From the NCBI GenBank assembly GCA_963677895.2, contig CAXXGJ010000006.1, positions 320,001-384,000 on the forward strand: a DNA stretch of 64,000 nt, in the 5' to 3' direction. This document shows, piece by piece, positions 8,444 through 18,428 of the stretch. Within the stretch, counting starts at the first letter, position 1. Each line of letters opens with the position of its first letter. The position numbers and the translations under genes are program-made. Below the pieces are notes generated by a model, which saw nothing but the letters and a program-made list of their open reading frames with translations, did no database searches and had not been told where the DNA came from. Source of the DNA: Treponemataceae bacterium. GTDB taxonomy: Bacteria; Spirochaetota; Spirochaetia; Treponematales; Rectinemataceae.

Positions 8444-9196
8444 GTGACCCACAAGATAGAAGAGATGAGCTGGACGGCCTTCGACGAGCGCAGAAAAATG
8501 ACGGACACGGTGATAATTCCGACCGGCGCGGTGGAGATATATGGACCCCACCTGCCGATGGGATCCGATACCATCGTCGCCGAGGCGCTCGCGATCCGTA
8601 TAGCGGAAAAGACGGGCGCTCTCGTGGCCCCCGCCATCGGCATGGGCGACTCCTCGATGCTCCTGGATTATCCGGGCACGCTCACGCTGCGGAAATCCAC
8701 CTACGAAGCGGCCATGGATGATTTATGCACCGCGCTCATGGACTATGGATTCAAGAACCTCATGTTCATAAACGGCCACGCGGGCAATGTGGACATGGTG
8801 AACTATCTGGCCAGGCGTTATCAGAGAGAGCGCAAGGTGAAGTGCGGCCAGATCGACTGGTGGCGTTTCGCCGCCGCCAACGGCAATGACATCTTCGAGC
8901 TGAAGGGGTATATGGCTCACGGCCACGCGAGCGAATGCGGCACTTCGGTCTTGCTCTATCTGCGGCCCGACCTGGTGGATATGTCCAAGGCCACGAGGAT
9001 CGAACCTCCCTCCGAATTCTACCAGGACTTCACCGACGTGATCCGCTATATCCCTTTGAGCGCCAAGACTCCCAACGCCACCGTCGGCGACGCCACGATC
9101 GCGACGGCCGAAAAAGGGAAAGCTCTCGTGGAGAAGTGCGTCGACCGGATTGCCACCTATATGGCTTATGAATTTAAGATTGAACTCAAAGCATAA
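8444..9196 (+). CDS. Creatininase family protein (atypical metal ligands)
   Basis: IPTGAVEIYGPHLPMGSD, INGHAGN, GHASECGTS; GTG start after AAGGAG. Confidence 0.9.
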   Translation: MTHKIEEMSWTAFDERRKMTDTVIIPTGAVEIYGPHLPMGSDTIVAEALAIRIAEKTGALVAPAIGMGDSSMLLDYPGTLTLRKSTYEAAMDDLCTALMDYGFKNLMFINGHAGNVDMVNYLARRYQRERKVKCGQIDWWRFAAANGNDIFELKGYMAHGHASECGTSVLLYLRPDLVDMSKATRIEPPSEFYQDFTDVIRYIPLSAKTPNATVGDATIATAEKGKALVEKCVDRIATYMAYEFKIELKA

Positions 9197-9227
9197 AGCA
9201 AATTTTTAGAAAGGAGACCCAGGAAAC

Positions 9228-10727
9228 ATGAAGAGAAAGGTAATCTTGATGGCCATGGCCATCGCGCTGCTGCTCGCCGTGACCGTCGGCGCGGCGGACA
9301 ACACCGGCAGGAAGCTCAAGGACACCCTGAGGGTGGCGACATGGGAAGATCTCAAGACCATGGATCCCCAGGCATCCAATTTTGTCAGCAATTGGATGGT
9401 TCAGCTGAATATCTTCGACAAGCTTGTCTACGAAGATGCCGAAGGCGTGGTGCATCCCCGTCTCGCCACCGAGTGGAAATTCCTCGACGACCTTACCCTT
9501 GAAATGAAGCTTCGCAAGGACGTCAAATTCCACGACGGCGGGAAATTCACAGCCGAGGACGTTCTTTTCACCTTCAAGCGCGGGAAGGCCAACTCCATCA
9601 GCGCCTCCACCTTCGCTCCCTTCGATACCGACAACACCGTGATCGTGGATCCCTACACCATCAGGATCAAGTTCAAGACCCCCTACGCGGCGATCTTCAA
9701 CACCCTGACCACGGGACGCGGCGCCATCGTGAGCAAGGCCGCCGTTGAGCGGATGGGCGCCGACGCTTTTGCCCGCAATCCCGTCGGAACCGGTCCCTAC
9801 AAGCTCGCTTCGTGGAAATCGGGTTCCGAGATCTCGCTCGTGCGCAATGAGGAATACTGGGGCGAAAAAGCGATCACGAAGAACGTGGTCTTTTCCATCA
9901 TTCCCGAAGCCGCCAACCGCGTCATCGAACTCGAGACCGGCGGCGTGGACGCCGTCTTCGATGTCGCCGCCAACGACGTCAAACGAGTGAAGAACCTGAA
10001 AGACGCCCACATCCTCATGGGCGATTCCAGCCGCTACATGACCCTCACCTTCAGCATGAAGGACAAGCTTCTCAGCAACAAAGACATCAGGTACGCGCTG
10101 TCTTATGCCATCGACAAGGTAGCCCTGGTCGACGCGGTGTATGAAGGAACGGCCTCCGTGGCGAACGGCCTGTATCCGCCCACCGTCTTCGCGTTCAAGA
10201 ACAAGGGCGTCCTGCCCTACGACCCGGTCAAGGCCAAGGAACTCCTCGCGAAGGCCGGCTATCCCGATGGCTTCACCATGAATTTCCTGCTTGAGAACCG
10301 CGAAGCCGACATCAGGCTCGCGTCCATCATCCAGAACATGTGGGCAGCCGTCGGCGTAAAGGTGAAGATCTTCCAGATGACGGCTTCCACCTACACCGCT
10401 CAGGGCAACAAGTTCCAGGCGGGCATGAGGGCCGGCAACGTCAACGAGCCGTCCAACATCCTCATCATCTACGACTCCGCCTTCGGCGAACGCCTCGAGC
10501 CGAACGATCCCTGGATCGACAAGAAGCTCGCGGCCGCCAAGACCATCTACGACAGCAAGAAACGCGCGGCGGCATACGCGGAGATCCAGGACTACCTTTG
10601 GGATATCCGATACACCGTTCCCTTCGCCTTTACGCCCGTCATCTACGGATTGAGCGACAGGGTGGAAGGCTGGGTCTGCGATCCGATGCAGCAGGTGGAG
10701 ATGGCCAAGGTTTCCGTCTACAAGTAA
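9228..10727 (+). CDS. ABC transporter substrate-binding protein, family 5 (peptide/opine/nickel)
   Basis: Signal peptide, LATEW, LRKDVKFHDG, PVGTGPYKL, KAKELLAKAGY. Confidence 0.93.
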   Translation: MKRKVILMAMAIALLLAVTVGAADNTGRKLKDTLRVATWEDLKTMDPQASNFVSNWMVQLNIFDKLVYEDAEGVVHPRLATEWKFLDDLTLEMKLRKDVKFHDGGKFTAEDVLFTFKRGKANSISASTFAPFDTDNTVIVDPYTIRIKFKTPYAAIFNTLTTGRGAIVSKAAVERMGADAFARNPVGTGPYKLASWKSGSEISLVRNEEYWGEKAITKNVVFSIIPEAANRVIELETGGVDAVFDVAANDVKRVKNLKDAHILMGDSSRYMTLTFSMKDKLLSNKDIRYALSYAIDKVALVDAVYEGTASVANGLYPPTVFAFKNKGVLPYDPVKAKELLAKAGYPDGFTMNFLLENREADIRLASIIQNMWAAVGVKVKIFQMTASTYTAQGNKFQAGMRAGNVNEPSNILIIYDSAFGERLEPNDPWIDKKLAAAKTIYDSKKRAAAYAEIQDYLWDIRYTVPFAFTPVIYGLSDRVEGWVCDPMQQVEMAKVSVYK

Positions 10728-10762
10728 GCGTTCAAGAACATTTTCTGCGATACATGCGTAAT

Positions 10763-10801
10763 GGACCCTCGATCCGGCAAAGCCTGTCGGATCGAGGATC
10801 C
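10763..10801 (+). other. Stem-loop after the SBP gene (mRNA stabiliser or attenuator)
   Basis: CCTCGATCCGGCA-loop-TGTCGGATCGAGG. Confidence 0.6.
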
Positions 10802-10848
10802 TGTTTTATGGAGTCGGCACATATTCCGCCGGGAAGGAGAATGGTTCT

Positions 10849-11820
10849 TTGATCAAATTCATATTCAGAAGGCTGGTGATGATGATACCCGTGCTGCTGG
10901 GGGTGTCTTTCGTCATATTCGGCATGCTTTTTTTCGCGCCGGGGGACGCTGCCGACGCCATTCTCGGCGACATGGCCACGCCGGCGGACAAGCAGCTTTT
11001 TCGCGAGCAGCAGGGCTTGGACAAACCTTTCCTCGTCCAGTATCTGCGCTATATGAAAGGCGTCGTCTTCGAAGGCGACCTCGGGACATCATACGTGACG
11101 AGGCAGCCTGTCACGGATGAGATCCTTCAGCGCTTCCCGGCCACGCTCAAGCTATCCGCGCTCAGCGTGCTACTGGCCGTGATAATCGGCATCTCTGTGG
11201 GCATCATTTCGGCGACAAGGCAATATTCGTTCATCGATCAGTTCGCGACCTCGATTTCGATGATCGGCGTATCCATGCCCAATTTCTGGCAGGGGATGAT
11301 GCTGATAATCGTCTTCGCCGTATGGCTGCGATGGTTCCCGCCCTCGGGATTCAGCACGCCCATGCATTGGGTGCTTCCCGTAGTCACGGTAGGGACCAAC
11401 GCTTCGGCCAATATAATGCGCATGACCCGGTCGAGCATGCTCGAGATAGTCCGCCAGGACTACATCAGGACGGCCCGCGCCAAGGGACAGTCCGAAAGGG
11501 TCGTCATCTGGAAGCACGCGCTCAAGAACGCGCTGATTCCCATCATCACCGTCGTGGGGCTTTCTTTCGGAAGGCAGCTCGGCGGCGCCGTCCTGACGGA
11601 ATCCATCTTTTCCATCGCCGGCGTCGGCAAACTCATGGTGGATGCCATAAAGCTTAAAAACTTCCCGATGGTCCAGGGCGGCGTGCTTTTCATAGCCTTC
11701 GTCATGTCGCTGGTGAACCTTCTGGTGGACATATTGTACAGTTTCGCTGATCCCAGGATCCGTTCCATGTACACCCGCCCCAGGACGAAAAAACCGCATC
11801 CTGCGAAGGAGGCGGCATAA
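10849..11820 (+). CDS. Peptide ABC permease (DppB/OppB type)
   Basis: GDLGTSY, RFPATL, EAA loop DYIRTARAKG, HALKNA. Confidence 0.95.
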   Translation: MIKFIFRRLVMMIPVLLGVSFVIFGMLFFAPGDAADAILGDMATPADKQLFREQQGLDKPFLVQYLRYMKGVVFEGDLGTSYVTRQPVTDEILQRFPATLKLSALSVLLAVIIGISVGIISATRQYSFIDQFATSISMIGVSMPNFWQGMMLIIVFAVWLRWFPPSGFSTPMHWVLPVVTVGTNASANIMRMTRSSMLEIVRQDYIRTARAKGQSERVVIWKHALKNALIPIITVVGLSFGRQLGGAVLTESIFSIAGVGKLMVDAIKLKNFPMVQGGVLFIAFVMSLVNLLVDILYSFADPRIRSMYTRPRTKKPHPAKEAA

Positions 11821-11821
11821 T

Positions 11822-12700
11822 ATGGCAGACAACGAAGTCCTCTCCATAAAAATGAAAAAGCGAGGCCAATCCAAGGAGATTTGGCGGCGTTTCGTGAAGA
11901 ACAAGGGCGCCGTGCTCGGCCTCGCCTTCATAATTCTCCTGACGATACTGGCGCTCGTCCCTTCGCTCATAGCGCCCTATGGCTTCGACGAACAAATGCT
12001 CTCCCGCCGTTTCAAGGCGCCCTCCCTCGAGTATCCTTTCGGAACCGACGAATTCGGCAGGGATATATTCAGCAGGGTCATCTTCGGCTGCAGAATCTCG
12101 CTCACCCTGGGTCTGGTGTCGGTCACGATATCCTGCCTGATCGGGATCATCCTCGGATGCATTTCGGGTTATTACGGCAAGGTCGTGGACAACATCATCA
12201 TGCGCTTCATCGACATAATGCTCTCGATACCGAACATCCTCCTGGCCGTTTCGATAGTCGCCGCCATGGGTACGAGTTTCTTCAACCTGATCCTCGCCAT
12301 AGGAATCGGCGCCGTGCCCGGCTACGCTCGCGTCGTGCGCGCTTCCATCCTCTCGGTGAAGGAACAGGAATATATCGAAGCCGCCCGCTCCAACGGCGCC
12401 AGCGACTGGCGCATCATAACGCGCCATATCATTCCGAACTGCATGGCGCCCATCATCGTCCAGGCTACGATGAGCATAGCGGCCGCCATCATCCAGGGCG
12501 CGGGAATGAGCTTCATCGGATTGGGCATAATGCCCCCGACGCCGGAGTGGGGTTCGATGCTCGCTTCCGGCAGGGCTTTCATCCGCGATTACTGGTGGGT
12601 CGTCACTTTCCCCGGACTCGCGATAATGCTCACGGTTTTTTCCATCAATCTTCTGGGCGACGGGCTGCGCGACGCTCTCGATCCACGGCTCAAGAGCTAA
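11822..12700 (+). CDS. Peptide ABC permease (DppC/OppC type)
   Basis: FGTDEFGRD, EYIEAARSNG, PEWGSML, GDGLRDALDP. Confidence 0.95.
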   Translation: MADNEVLSIKMKKRGQSKEIWRRFVKNKGAVLGLAFIILLTILALVPSLIAPYGFDEQMLSRRFKAPSLEYPFGTDEFGRDIFSRVIFGCRISLTLGLVSVTISCLIGIILGCISGYYGKVVDNIIMRFIDIMLSIPNILLAVSIVAAMGTSFFNLILAIGIGAVPGYARVVRASILSVKEQEYIEAARSNGASDWRIITRHIIPNCMAPIIVQATMSIAAAIIQGAGMSFIGLGIMPPTPEWGSMLASGRAFIRDYWWVVTFPGLAIMLTVFSINLLGDGLRDALDPRLKS

Positions 12701-12711
12701 GGGGACGGTGA

Positions 12712-13677
12712 ATGAACGACACTATTCTCGATATTAAGAATCTCGTTGTCCATTACGTGACGGACACAACCACCGTTCACGCCGTGAACGGGATGACTAT
12801 TTCCTTGAAGAAGGGCGAGTCCCTTGGGTTGGTCGGCGAGACGGGCGCGGGAAAGACCACCACGGCGCTCAGCATAATGCAGCTGATTCCCGATCCGCCC
12901 GGGAAGATCGTCAGCGGTGAGATACTCTACGACGGGCAGGACCTCATCGCCATGTCGCCTTCTGATAAGCGCTCGATTCGCGGCAACAAGATCTCAATGA
13001 TTTTCCAGGATCCCATGACGGCGCTTAACCCCGTCCTCACGGTCGGCGATCAAATAGCTGAAGTTGTGCGCCTTCATCAGAAAATATCCCGCGCGAAGGC
13101 CTCCATAAAGGCCCAGGAAATGCTGGAGCTGGTGGGCATTCCGGGCGAGCGTTACGCGGAATATCCGCACCAGTTTTCCGGCGGCATGAAGCAGCGGGTG
13201 GTCATCGCGATCGCGCTGGCCTGCAATCCCGAGTTGCTGATAGCGGATGAGCCGACAACAGCCCTCGACGTGACGATCCAGGACCAGGTGCTCGATCTCA
13301 TAGAAAAGCTCATGAGGGACAGGGGTACGTCGCTCATCCTCATCACGCACGACCTGGGCGTGGTGGCCGAGATTTGCCAGAAGGCGGCCATAATGTACGC
13401 GGGCGAAATCGTGGAATACGGTACCCTGGAGCATATCTACAACAACACCAAGCACCCCTACACGATCGGTCTATTCGGTTCGATTCCCAACCTGAACGAG
13501 GACGTTGACCGACTCCAGCCGATCACCGGCCTGATGCCCGATCCGACGAATCTCCCGGAGGGCTGCGTTTTCGCGCCGCGATGCCCCGACGCTTCGGAGA
13601 AATGCCGCGCCGCCGCCGTGCCCGTCGTGGAAGTGGAGCCGGGACATTTCGTGAAATGCGTGAAGTACCATGGGTAA
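12712..13677 (+). CDS. Peptide ABC ATPase (DppD type)
   Basis: [27 protein letters not shown]-terminal oligo_HPY Cys motif. Confidence 0.95.
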   Translation: MNDTILDIKNLVVHYVTDTTTVHAVNGMTISLKKGESLGLVGETGAGKTTTALSIMQLIPDPPGKIVSGEILYDGQDLIAMSPSDKRSIRGNKISMIFQDPMTALNPVLTVGDQIAEVVRLHQKISRAKASIKAQEMLELVGIPGERYAEYPHQFSGGMKQRVVIAIALACNPELLIADEPTTALDVTIQDQVLDLIEKLMRDRGTSLILITHDLGVVAEICQKAAIMYAGEIVEYGTLEHIYNNTKHPYTIGLFGSIPNLNEDVDRLQPITGLMPDPTNLPEGCVFAPRCPDASEKCRAAAVPVVEVEPGHFVKCVKYHG

Positions 13678-13686
13678 GAGGTTGAT

Positions 13687-14652
13687 ATGAGTGCACTAAT
13701 AGAAGTCAAAGATCTCAGGAAATATTTCAAGACACCCAGGGGCGATCTTCATGCCGTCGACGGCGTATCCTTCGCCATCGAAAAGGGCCGGACGCTCGGC
13801 GTCGTGGGGGAATCGGGCTGCGGCAAGTCGACGCTCGGCCGGCTGACCATCCACCTCCTGGAGGCGACCTCGGGCAGCATCCATTTCGAGGGAGAGGATA
13901 TCAGCCAGCTGAATCGCGCCGATCTCAAGCGGTATCGCCAGGATATGCAGATGATTTTCCAGGATCCCTTTTCATCCCTCGATCCGAGAATGTCGGTGAG
14001 CAATCTCATCGCTGAGCCCCTGAAGATCTACAATAAGTTCAAGAATCCCGCCGAACTGAGCGAGCAGGTCGGAAAGCTCATGGATACGGTAGGGCTCGCG
14101 CGCAGGCTTTCGGATTCCTATCCGCACGAGCTGGACGGCGGCCGCCGCCAGCGCATCGGCGTGGCGCGCGCCCTCTCCCTCAACCCGAAGTTCATCGTCT
14201 GCGACGAACCCGTCTCCGCCCTCGACGTATCCATCCAGGCGCAGATCCTCAACCTGATGCAGGATCTGCAGCAGGAGAGAAACCTCACCTACCTTTTCAT
14301 CACGCACAACATGGCCGTCGTCAAGCATATTTCCGACAACATCCTCGTCATGTATATGGGCAAGATGGTCGAATACGCGCCCGTGAAGGAAATTTTCAAG
14401 TACCGCTTTCACCCCTACACCAAGGCGCTGCTCGCCGCGGTTCCCGTGCCCGCGCTCGGCGCGAAGAAGGGCAGGCGTCTGCTCAAAGGTGAAATTTCCT
14501 CGCCCATCAATCCGAAACCCGGCTGCAGGTTCGCCAAGCGCTGCGAATACGCCACCGATATCTGCTCGACCACGGAGCCGGCATTCGAAAAGGCGAGAGA
14601 GGATTATTACGTTGCCTGCCATCATGTCAAAGCCATCAACGGCCTTATTTAG
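13687..14652 (+). CDS. Peptide ABC ATPase (DppF type)
   Basis: GESGCGKS, signature [22 protein letters not shown]. Confidence 0.95.
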   Translation: MSALIEVKDLRKYFKTPRGDLHAVDGVSFAIEKGRTLGVVGESGCGKSTLGRLTIHLLEATSGSIHFEGEDISQLNRADLKRYRQDMQMIFQDPFSSLDPRMSVSNLIAEPLKIYNKFKNPAELSEQVGKLMDTVGLARRLSDSYPHELDGGRRQRIGVARALSLNPKFIVCDEPVSALDVSIQAQILNLMQDLQQERNLTYLFITHNMAVVKHISDNILVMYMGKMVEYAPVKEIFKYRFHPYTKALLAAVPVPALGAKKGRRLLKGEISSPINPKPGCRFAKRCEYATDICSTTEPAFEKAREDYYVACHHVKAINGLI

Positions 14653-14665
14653 AGGAGTGAATACG

Positions 14666-15493
14666 ATGAGAAAATTCCTGATCGGGATCATCCAGCTGGA
14701 TACGCAGAACGACAAGGGGAAGAACCTGGCCCAGATCTGCGAATATATCGACGAAGCCGCGCGCAAGGGCGCGCAGCTCGTCGCCCTTCCCGAGGTGATG
14801 AACCTGCTGGGGGACAATATCGGCGAAGGCGGCGGGGCGGAACCCATCCCCGGCTACAGCACGGAAATTCTGGCGCGGAAGGCCAAGGAACTGGGCATCT
14901 ACATCCATTGCGGCAGCATCAAAGAAGAAATCCCCGGCGAGACGAAGGGATTCAATACCACCGTCATGCTGGACAGGGAGGGCAGGATCATCGCGCGCTA
15001 CAGAAAACTCCATACCTTCGATGTCACCCTCACGGACGGCACCGTATGCAACGAGTCGGCCAGAATCCAGCCGGGCGCGGAAATCGTGACCGTGGACAGC
15101 GACCTGGGCAAGCTTGGATTCTCCATCTGCTACGACATCCGCTTTCCCGAGCTGTTCCGTCTTCTCGCCCTGGACGGAGCCCAGATCATCTTTACGCCGG
15201 CCAACTTTACCCTGCCCACGGGCAAAGATCACTGGGAGCCCATTCTCCGCGCCCGCGCCATTGAAAACGGCTGCTATATCGTCGCGCCGGCCCAGATAGG
15301 CAAGAAACCCAATTTCACCGCTTTCGGCAACAGCCTTGTCGTGGATCCCTGGGGAACCGTCATCGCGAGATCCAAGGATCAACCGGGGGTGACGTTGGCT
15401 GAAATCGATCTGGATTTCCTGGACAAGATCCGCGGGCAGATCCCGTCGTTGAAGAACAGAAGGTCCGATATTTACGAGCTCAAAATTCGCTAA
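14666..15493 (+). CDS. Carbon-nitrogen hydrolase (Nit1/omega-amidase-like)
   Basis: Glu-Lys-Cys triad LPE, YRKLH, ICYDIRFPE; HWEPILRARAIEN; ATG 14666 after GAGGAG. Confidence 0.92.
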   Translation: MRKFLIGIIQLDTQNDKGKNLAQICEYIDEAARKGAQLVALPEVMNLLGDNIGEGGGAEPIPGYSTEILARKAKELGIYIHCGSIKEEIPGETKGFNTTVMLDREGRIIARYRKLHTFDVTLTDGTVCNESARIQPGAEIVTVDSDLGKLGFSICYDIRFPELFRLLALDGAQIIFTPANFTLPTGKDHWEPILRARAIENGCYIVAPAQIGKKPNFTAFGNSLVVDPWGTVIARSKDQPGVTLAEIDLDFLDKIRGQIPSLKNRRSDIYELKIR

Positions 15494-15505
15494 GCGAGGT
15501 TAATA

Positions 15506-16168
15506 ATGGCAATTCCGCAAGACATCATCGACCGGTTCATGAAAGTGGATCCGGCGACCATCGGTCATTATATCGGCGGCGGCTACATGCGCCCCGAGAT
15601 GAAGCCGATCAACAAGAATTCGAAAATGGTAGGGCCCGCCTATACGGTGAGGCTGCAGGGCAAGGATTCCTGCGCGCTCTATTACGCCATGGAACACGCG
15701 CCGAAGGGATCGGTCATCGTGATCGACCGCTGCGGCGATACGACCTATGCCTGCGTGGGCGAAATGGTGGCGCTGTTCTGCGAGTGCCAGGGCTTCGCCG
15801 GCATCGTCATCGATGGTCCGGCGACCGATTCCCTGGCCATCGAAAAATCCGGATATCCAGTTTTCTGCACCGGCTTATCGGTGGTGACGACCAACGTCAT
15901 CGGCATCTCGGGCGAGCATGACGTCACGGTCAGCTGCTCGGGCGCGGTCGTCCATCCCGGCGACCTCGTCTTCGGCGACGCCGACGGCGTCGTGGTCATT
16001 CCTCCCGACAATTACCTGGACCTGCTCGTCAGGGCGGAGGAATCCGTAGCCAAGGAAGTGGAACTGCGCAAGCATTTCCGCGCGGGCGGATTCCCCAAGA
16101 TTAACGTTGAGCGACTCTATAATACTGATGTCATGGCCATGATAAACGAGCTGAAGAAGTTCGATTGA
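15506..16168 (+). CDS. RraA / HMG-aldolase-like family protein
   Basis: MVGPAYTV, GSVIVID, GIVIDGPATD, VHPGDLVFGDADGVVVIP. Confidence 0.88.
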   Translation: MAIPQDIIDRFMKVDPATIGHYIGGGYMRPEMKPINKNSKMVGPAYTVRLQGKDSCALYYAMEHAPKGSVIVIDRCGDTTYACVGEMVALFCECQGFAGIVIDGPATDSLAIEKSGYPVFCTGLSVVTTNVIGISGEHDVTVSCSGAVVHPGDLVFGDADGVVVIPPDNYLDLLVRAEESVAKEVELRKHFRAGGFPKINVERLYNTDVMAMINELKKFD

Positions 16169-16172
16169 GCCG

Positions 16173-16511
16173 CTAGTTCCTGATAAAAAGAACGCTCCGG
16201 ATGAGGTCGCCATCTACCTTGTAGATGGCGACGACTTCCAGCGGCTTGTCTCCCGCGCTCACACCATCGACCAGTTCATGATCGATAACGTAATCGCCCT
16301 TGACGATCCTGTTCGCGATCCTGGCCTTGAGCGCGGGGTTTGAAAACTTCTTGCCGTATATTTTCCTCAGCTCGTCCTTCGAACTCGCCAATGCGCCTGC
16401 CTCGCCCATATTCCTCAGTTCCACGTCATCGGCATAACATGAGCAAAAACCTTCCAGGTCGTGCGCGTTGTAGAGTTCCAGCTGCCTGGAAACGATTTCC
16501 GCTTGTGTCAT
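16173..16511 (-). CDS. SnoaL/NTF2-like protein
   Basis: VSRQLELYNAHDLEGF...YADD, RIVKGDYVIDHE, VAIYKV. Confidence 0.85.
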   Translation of the reverse strand: MTQAEIVSRQLELYNAHDLEGFCSCYADDVELRNMGEAGALASSKDELRKIYGKKFSNPALKARIANRIVKGDYVIDHELVDGVSAGDKPLEVVAIYKVDGDLIRSVLFIRN

Positions 16512-16541
16512 ATTCGGTCTCCTTCGGCCAGTATCGTCGGA

Positions 16542-17231
16542 CTATTTCATCTCCGCGAGGAGTCTTGTCGCGTCCTTGTTGCCCATGGCCGATGATTTCT
16601 GCAGGTCGGCTTTGGCCTCGGCCGTTTTGCCCATGTCCTTGTAGAGCTGTCCGCGGAAATACCACGCGTCGCTGTTCGGGTCCGACTTGTCGCCGAAAAG
16701 CGAGATATATTCGTTGAAAAGCTGTTCCGCCTTCTTCCTGTCCTGGCCCGCTATCCCGGGCAGCACCTGCCAGAAGCGCCCAAGCGAAAGCATCGGGCCG
16801 CCCTTGTCGTACATCTTGTCGTATTTGTAGGCGTTTTCGAAGCCTTTCTGCGTCTTGCCCTTGAGGCCTTCGGCGAGTGCCTTGATGATGCTTACGCAGT
16901 CCGAGTAGGTGCCGACGCAGAGTCCGTAATAATACCAGCCTTCTATGCCGGTCGGATTGATCGAGCAGGCAATCTCTCCGAACTTGATGCCGTCTTTGGC
17001 GACGATACGGGCGGAATCCTTCCAGCCCGACACTTCTTCCTCCACGAGGAAGTCCCCATACCTGCGCGCTGCTTCGGCCGCTTTCCAGTTGAGTTCGTAA
17101 TCCTTCGGCGCTCCGGAAGCGTTTTTCGCGGCGTCTTCATACTTCGCCTTGAGTTCGGCTTCAGAGGCGGCCATCACCGGAACCAGGGCGAACAATGCCA
17201 AAACGATCGCCAACGTCAGAATTCTTTTCAT
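16542..17231 (-). CDS. Secreted TPR-like protein (TatT-like helical repeat)
   Basis: Signal peptide MKRILTLAIVLALFALVPVMA; LGRFWQVLPGIAGQDRKKA; C-terminal TPR AWYFRGQLY; GGAGG RBS. Confidence 0.7.
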   Translation of the reverse strand: MKRILTLAIVLALFALVPVMAASEAELKAKYEDAAKNASGAPKDYELNWKAAEAARRYGDFLVEEEVSGWKDSARIVAKDGIKFGEIACSINPTGIEGWYYYGLCVGTYSDCVSIIKALAEGLKGKTQKGFENAYKYDKMYDKGGPMLSLGRFWQVLPGIAGQDRKKAEQLFNEYISLFGDKSDPNSDAWYFRGQLYKDMGKTAEAKADLQKSSAMGNKDATRLLAEMK

Positions 17232-17303
17232 TTGAAATCCTCCTTGATACCTAAAACATTGCATATGAACGATATATGGACCGCGGCCGGCTCTCGGCCA
17301 TTT

Positions 17304-18428
17304 TTACCGCGAAGCGAAATCCGGCAGCGAGTCCGGGTTTTTGTATGGCCGAGACTGCTTAAGCCCCGTTTCTTCTAGCGTGAGGTCGCCGAAATAGCAA
17401 GTGAGCCCCCGCCGAAGATGGGCGTTTTCGCGCAGCGCTTTCAAGGCGCCCTTACCCGCGATCTGGAGGGCGTAGGGCAGGGTGGCGGAGGCCAACGCCG
17501 CCGTCGCGGAGGCGGAGAAGGCTGAAGGAATGTTGTCGACGCAATAATGCGCGATGCCTTCCTCGCGGTAAACCGGGTCATCGTGGGATGTCGCCCTGCA
17601 GGTCTCGATGGCGCCGCCTTCGTCGCAGGACACGTCGACGATCAGGGCCGAAGGTTTCATGCACCTGAGCATGTCGCGCGTAACGAGATGATCCTTGCGC
17701 GCCTTTGGCCAGAGAATGCAGTTCAGGAGCACGTCCGAGCGGGCCAGGCATTTCATGAGATTGTCGTGGTTAGAGTACAGGAACTCCACATTGGCCGGCA
17801 GGCGCGCCTTGGCGGCATCCATGCTCTCCTTCGAGATATCGAGGATGGTCACCCGATTGCCGAGTCCGGCGGCCATTTCGGCGGCCCCGAGCCCCGCGTT
17901 GCCCGCTCCTATTATCGTGATCTCCGGCGTCCGCACGCCCGAGACGCGGCCCAGAAGGATCCCGCATCCGCCGGCGACGCTCTGCATATGGTGGCAGGCC
18001 GCAAGGAAGCCGCCCTTTCCCGCGATTTCGCTCATGGGGGCAAGCAGGGGGAAGGCGCCCGACGCGTCGGTGATGTCCTCGTAAGCGATGCCGATGACTC
18101 CGGCCTCGAGCAGCTTGTCGGTCATCTCGCGGTGACCGTTCGAATGCAGATAGGTGAAGATGATCATGCCCTTCCGGAGATACTTGAATTCGGGCTCCAT
18201 GATCTCCTTGACCTTGTAGAGCATCTCGCAGTTTCGGTACAGGTTGTCCCTGTCGGTGATGAGGGCGCCGGCCTGCCGAAAATCCTCGTCGCTTATGGAG
18301 CTGCCGAGGCCGGCGCCCGGTTCGACGAGGACGCTGTGTCCCTTTCTCGCGAGTTCGGAAACCGTGCCGGGCGTGGCCGCGCAGCGGTACTCATTGTTCT
18401 TTATTTCTTTCGGGATGCCGATGACCAT
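17304..18428 (-). CDS. Alanine dehydrogenase/PNT superfamily NAD-dependent dehydrogenase (copy 2)
   Basis: GIPKEIKNNEYR, KVKE, FTYLH, PLLAPMSEIAG, GAGNAG, DVSCDEGG, YCVDNIP. Confidence 0.88.
   Translation of the reverse strand: MVIGIPKEIKNNEYRCAATPGTVSELARKGHSVLVEPGAGLGSSISDEDFRQAGALITDRDNLYRNCEMLYKVKEIMEPEFKYLRKGMIIFTYLHSNGHREMTDKLLEAGVIGIAYEDITDASGAFPLLAPMSEIAGKGGFLAACHHMQSVAGGCGILLGRVSGVRTPEITIIGAGNAGLGAAEMAAGLGNRVTILDISKESMDAAKARLPANVEFLYSNHDNLMKCLARSDVLLNCILWPKARKDHLVTRDMLRCMKPSALIVDVSCDEGGAIETCRATSHDDPVYREEGIAHYCVDNIPSAFSASATAALASATLPYALQIAGKGALKALRENAHLRRGLTCYFGDLTLEETGLKQSRPYKNPDSLPDFASR

Noticed and set aside
14489..14665. N-terminal extensions in the ORF track (also at 18428-19888, 35722, 46064, 3873, 52948)
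   Set aside because: They overlap upstream genes or lack an RBS; downstream starts fit an RBS or translational coupling and the family N-termini better.
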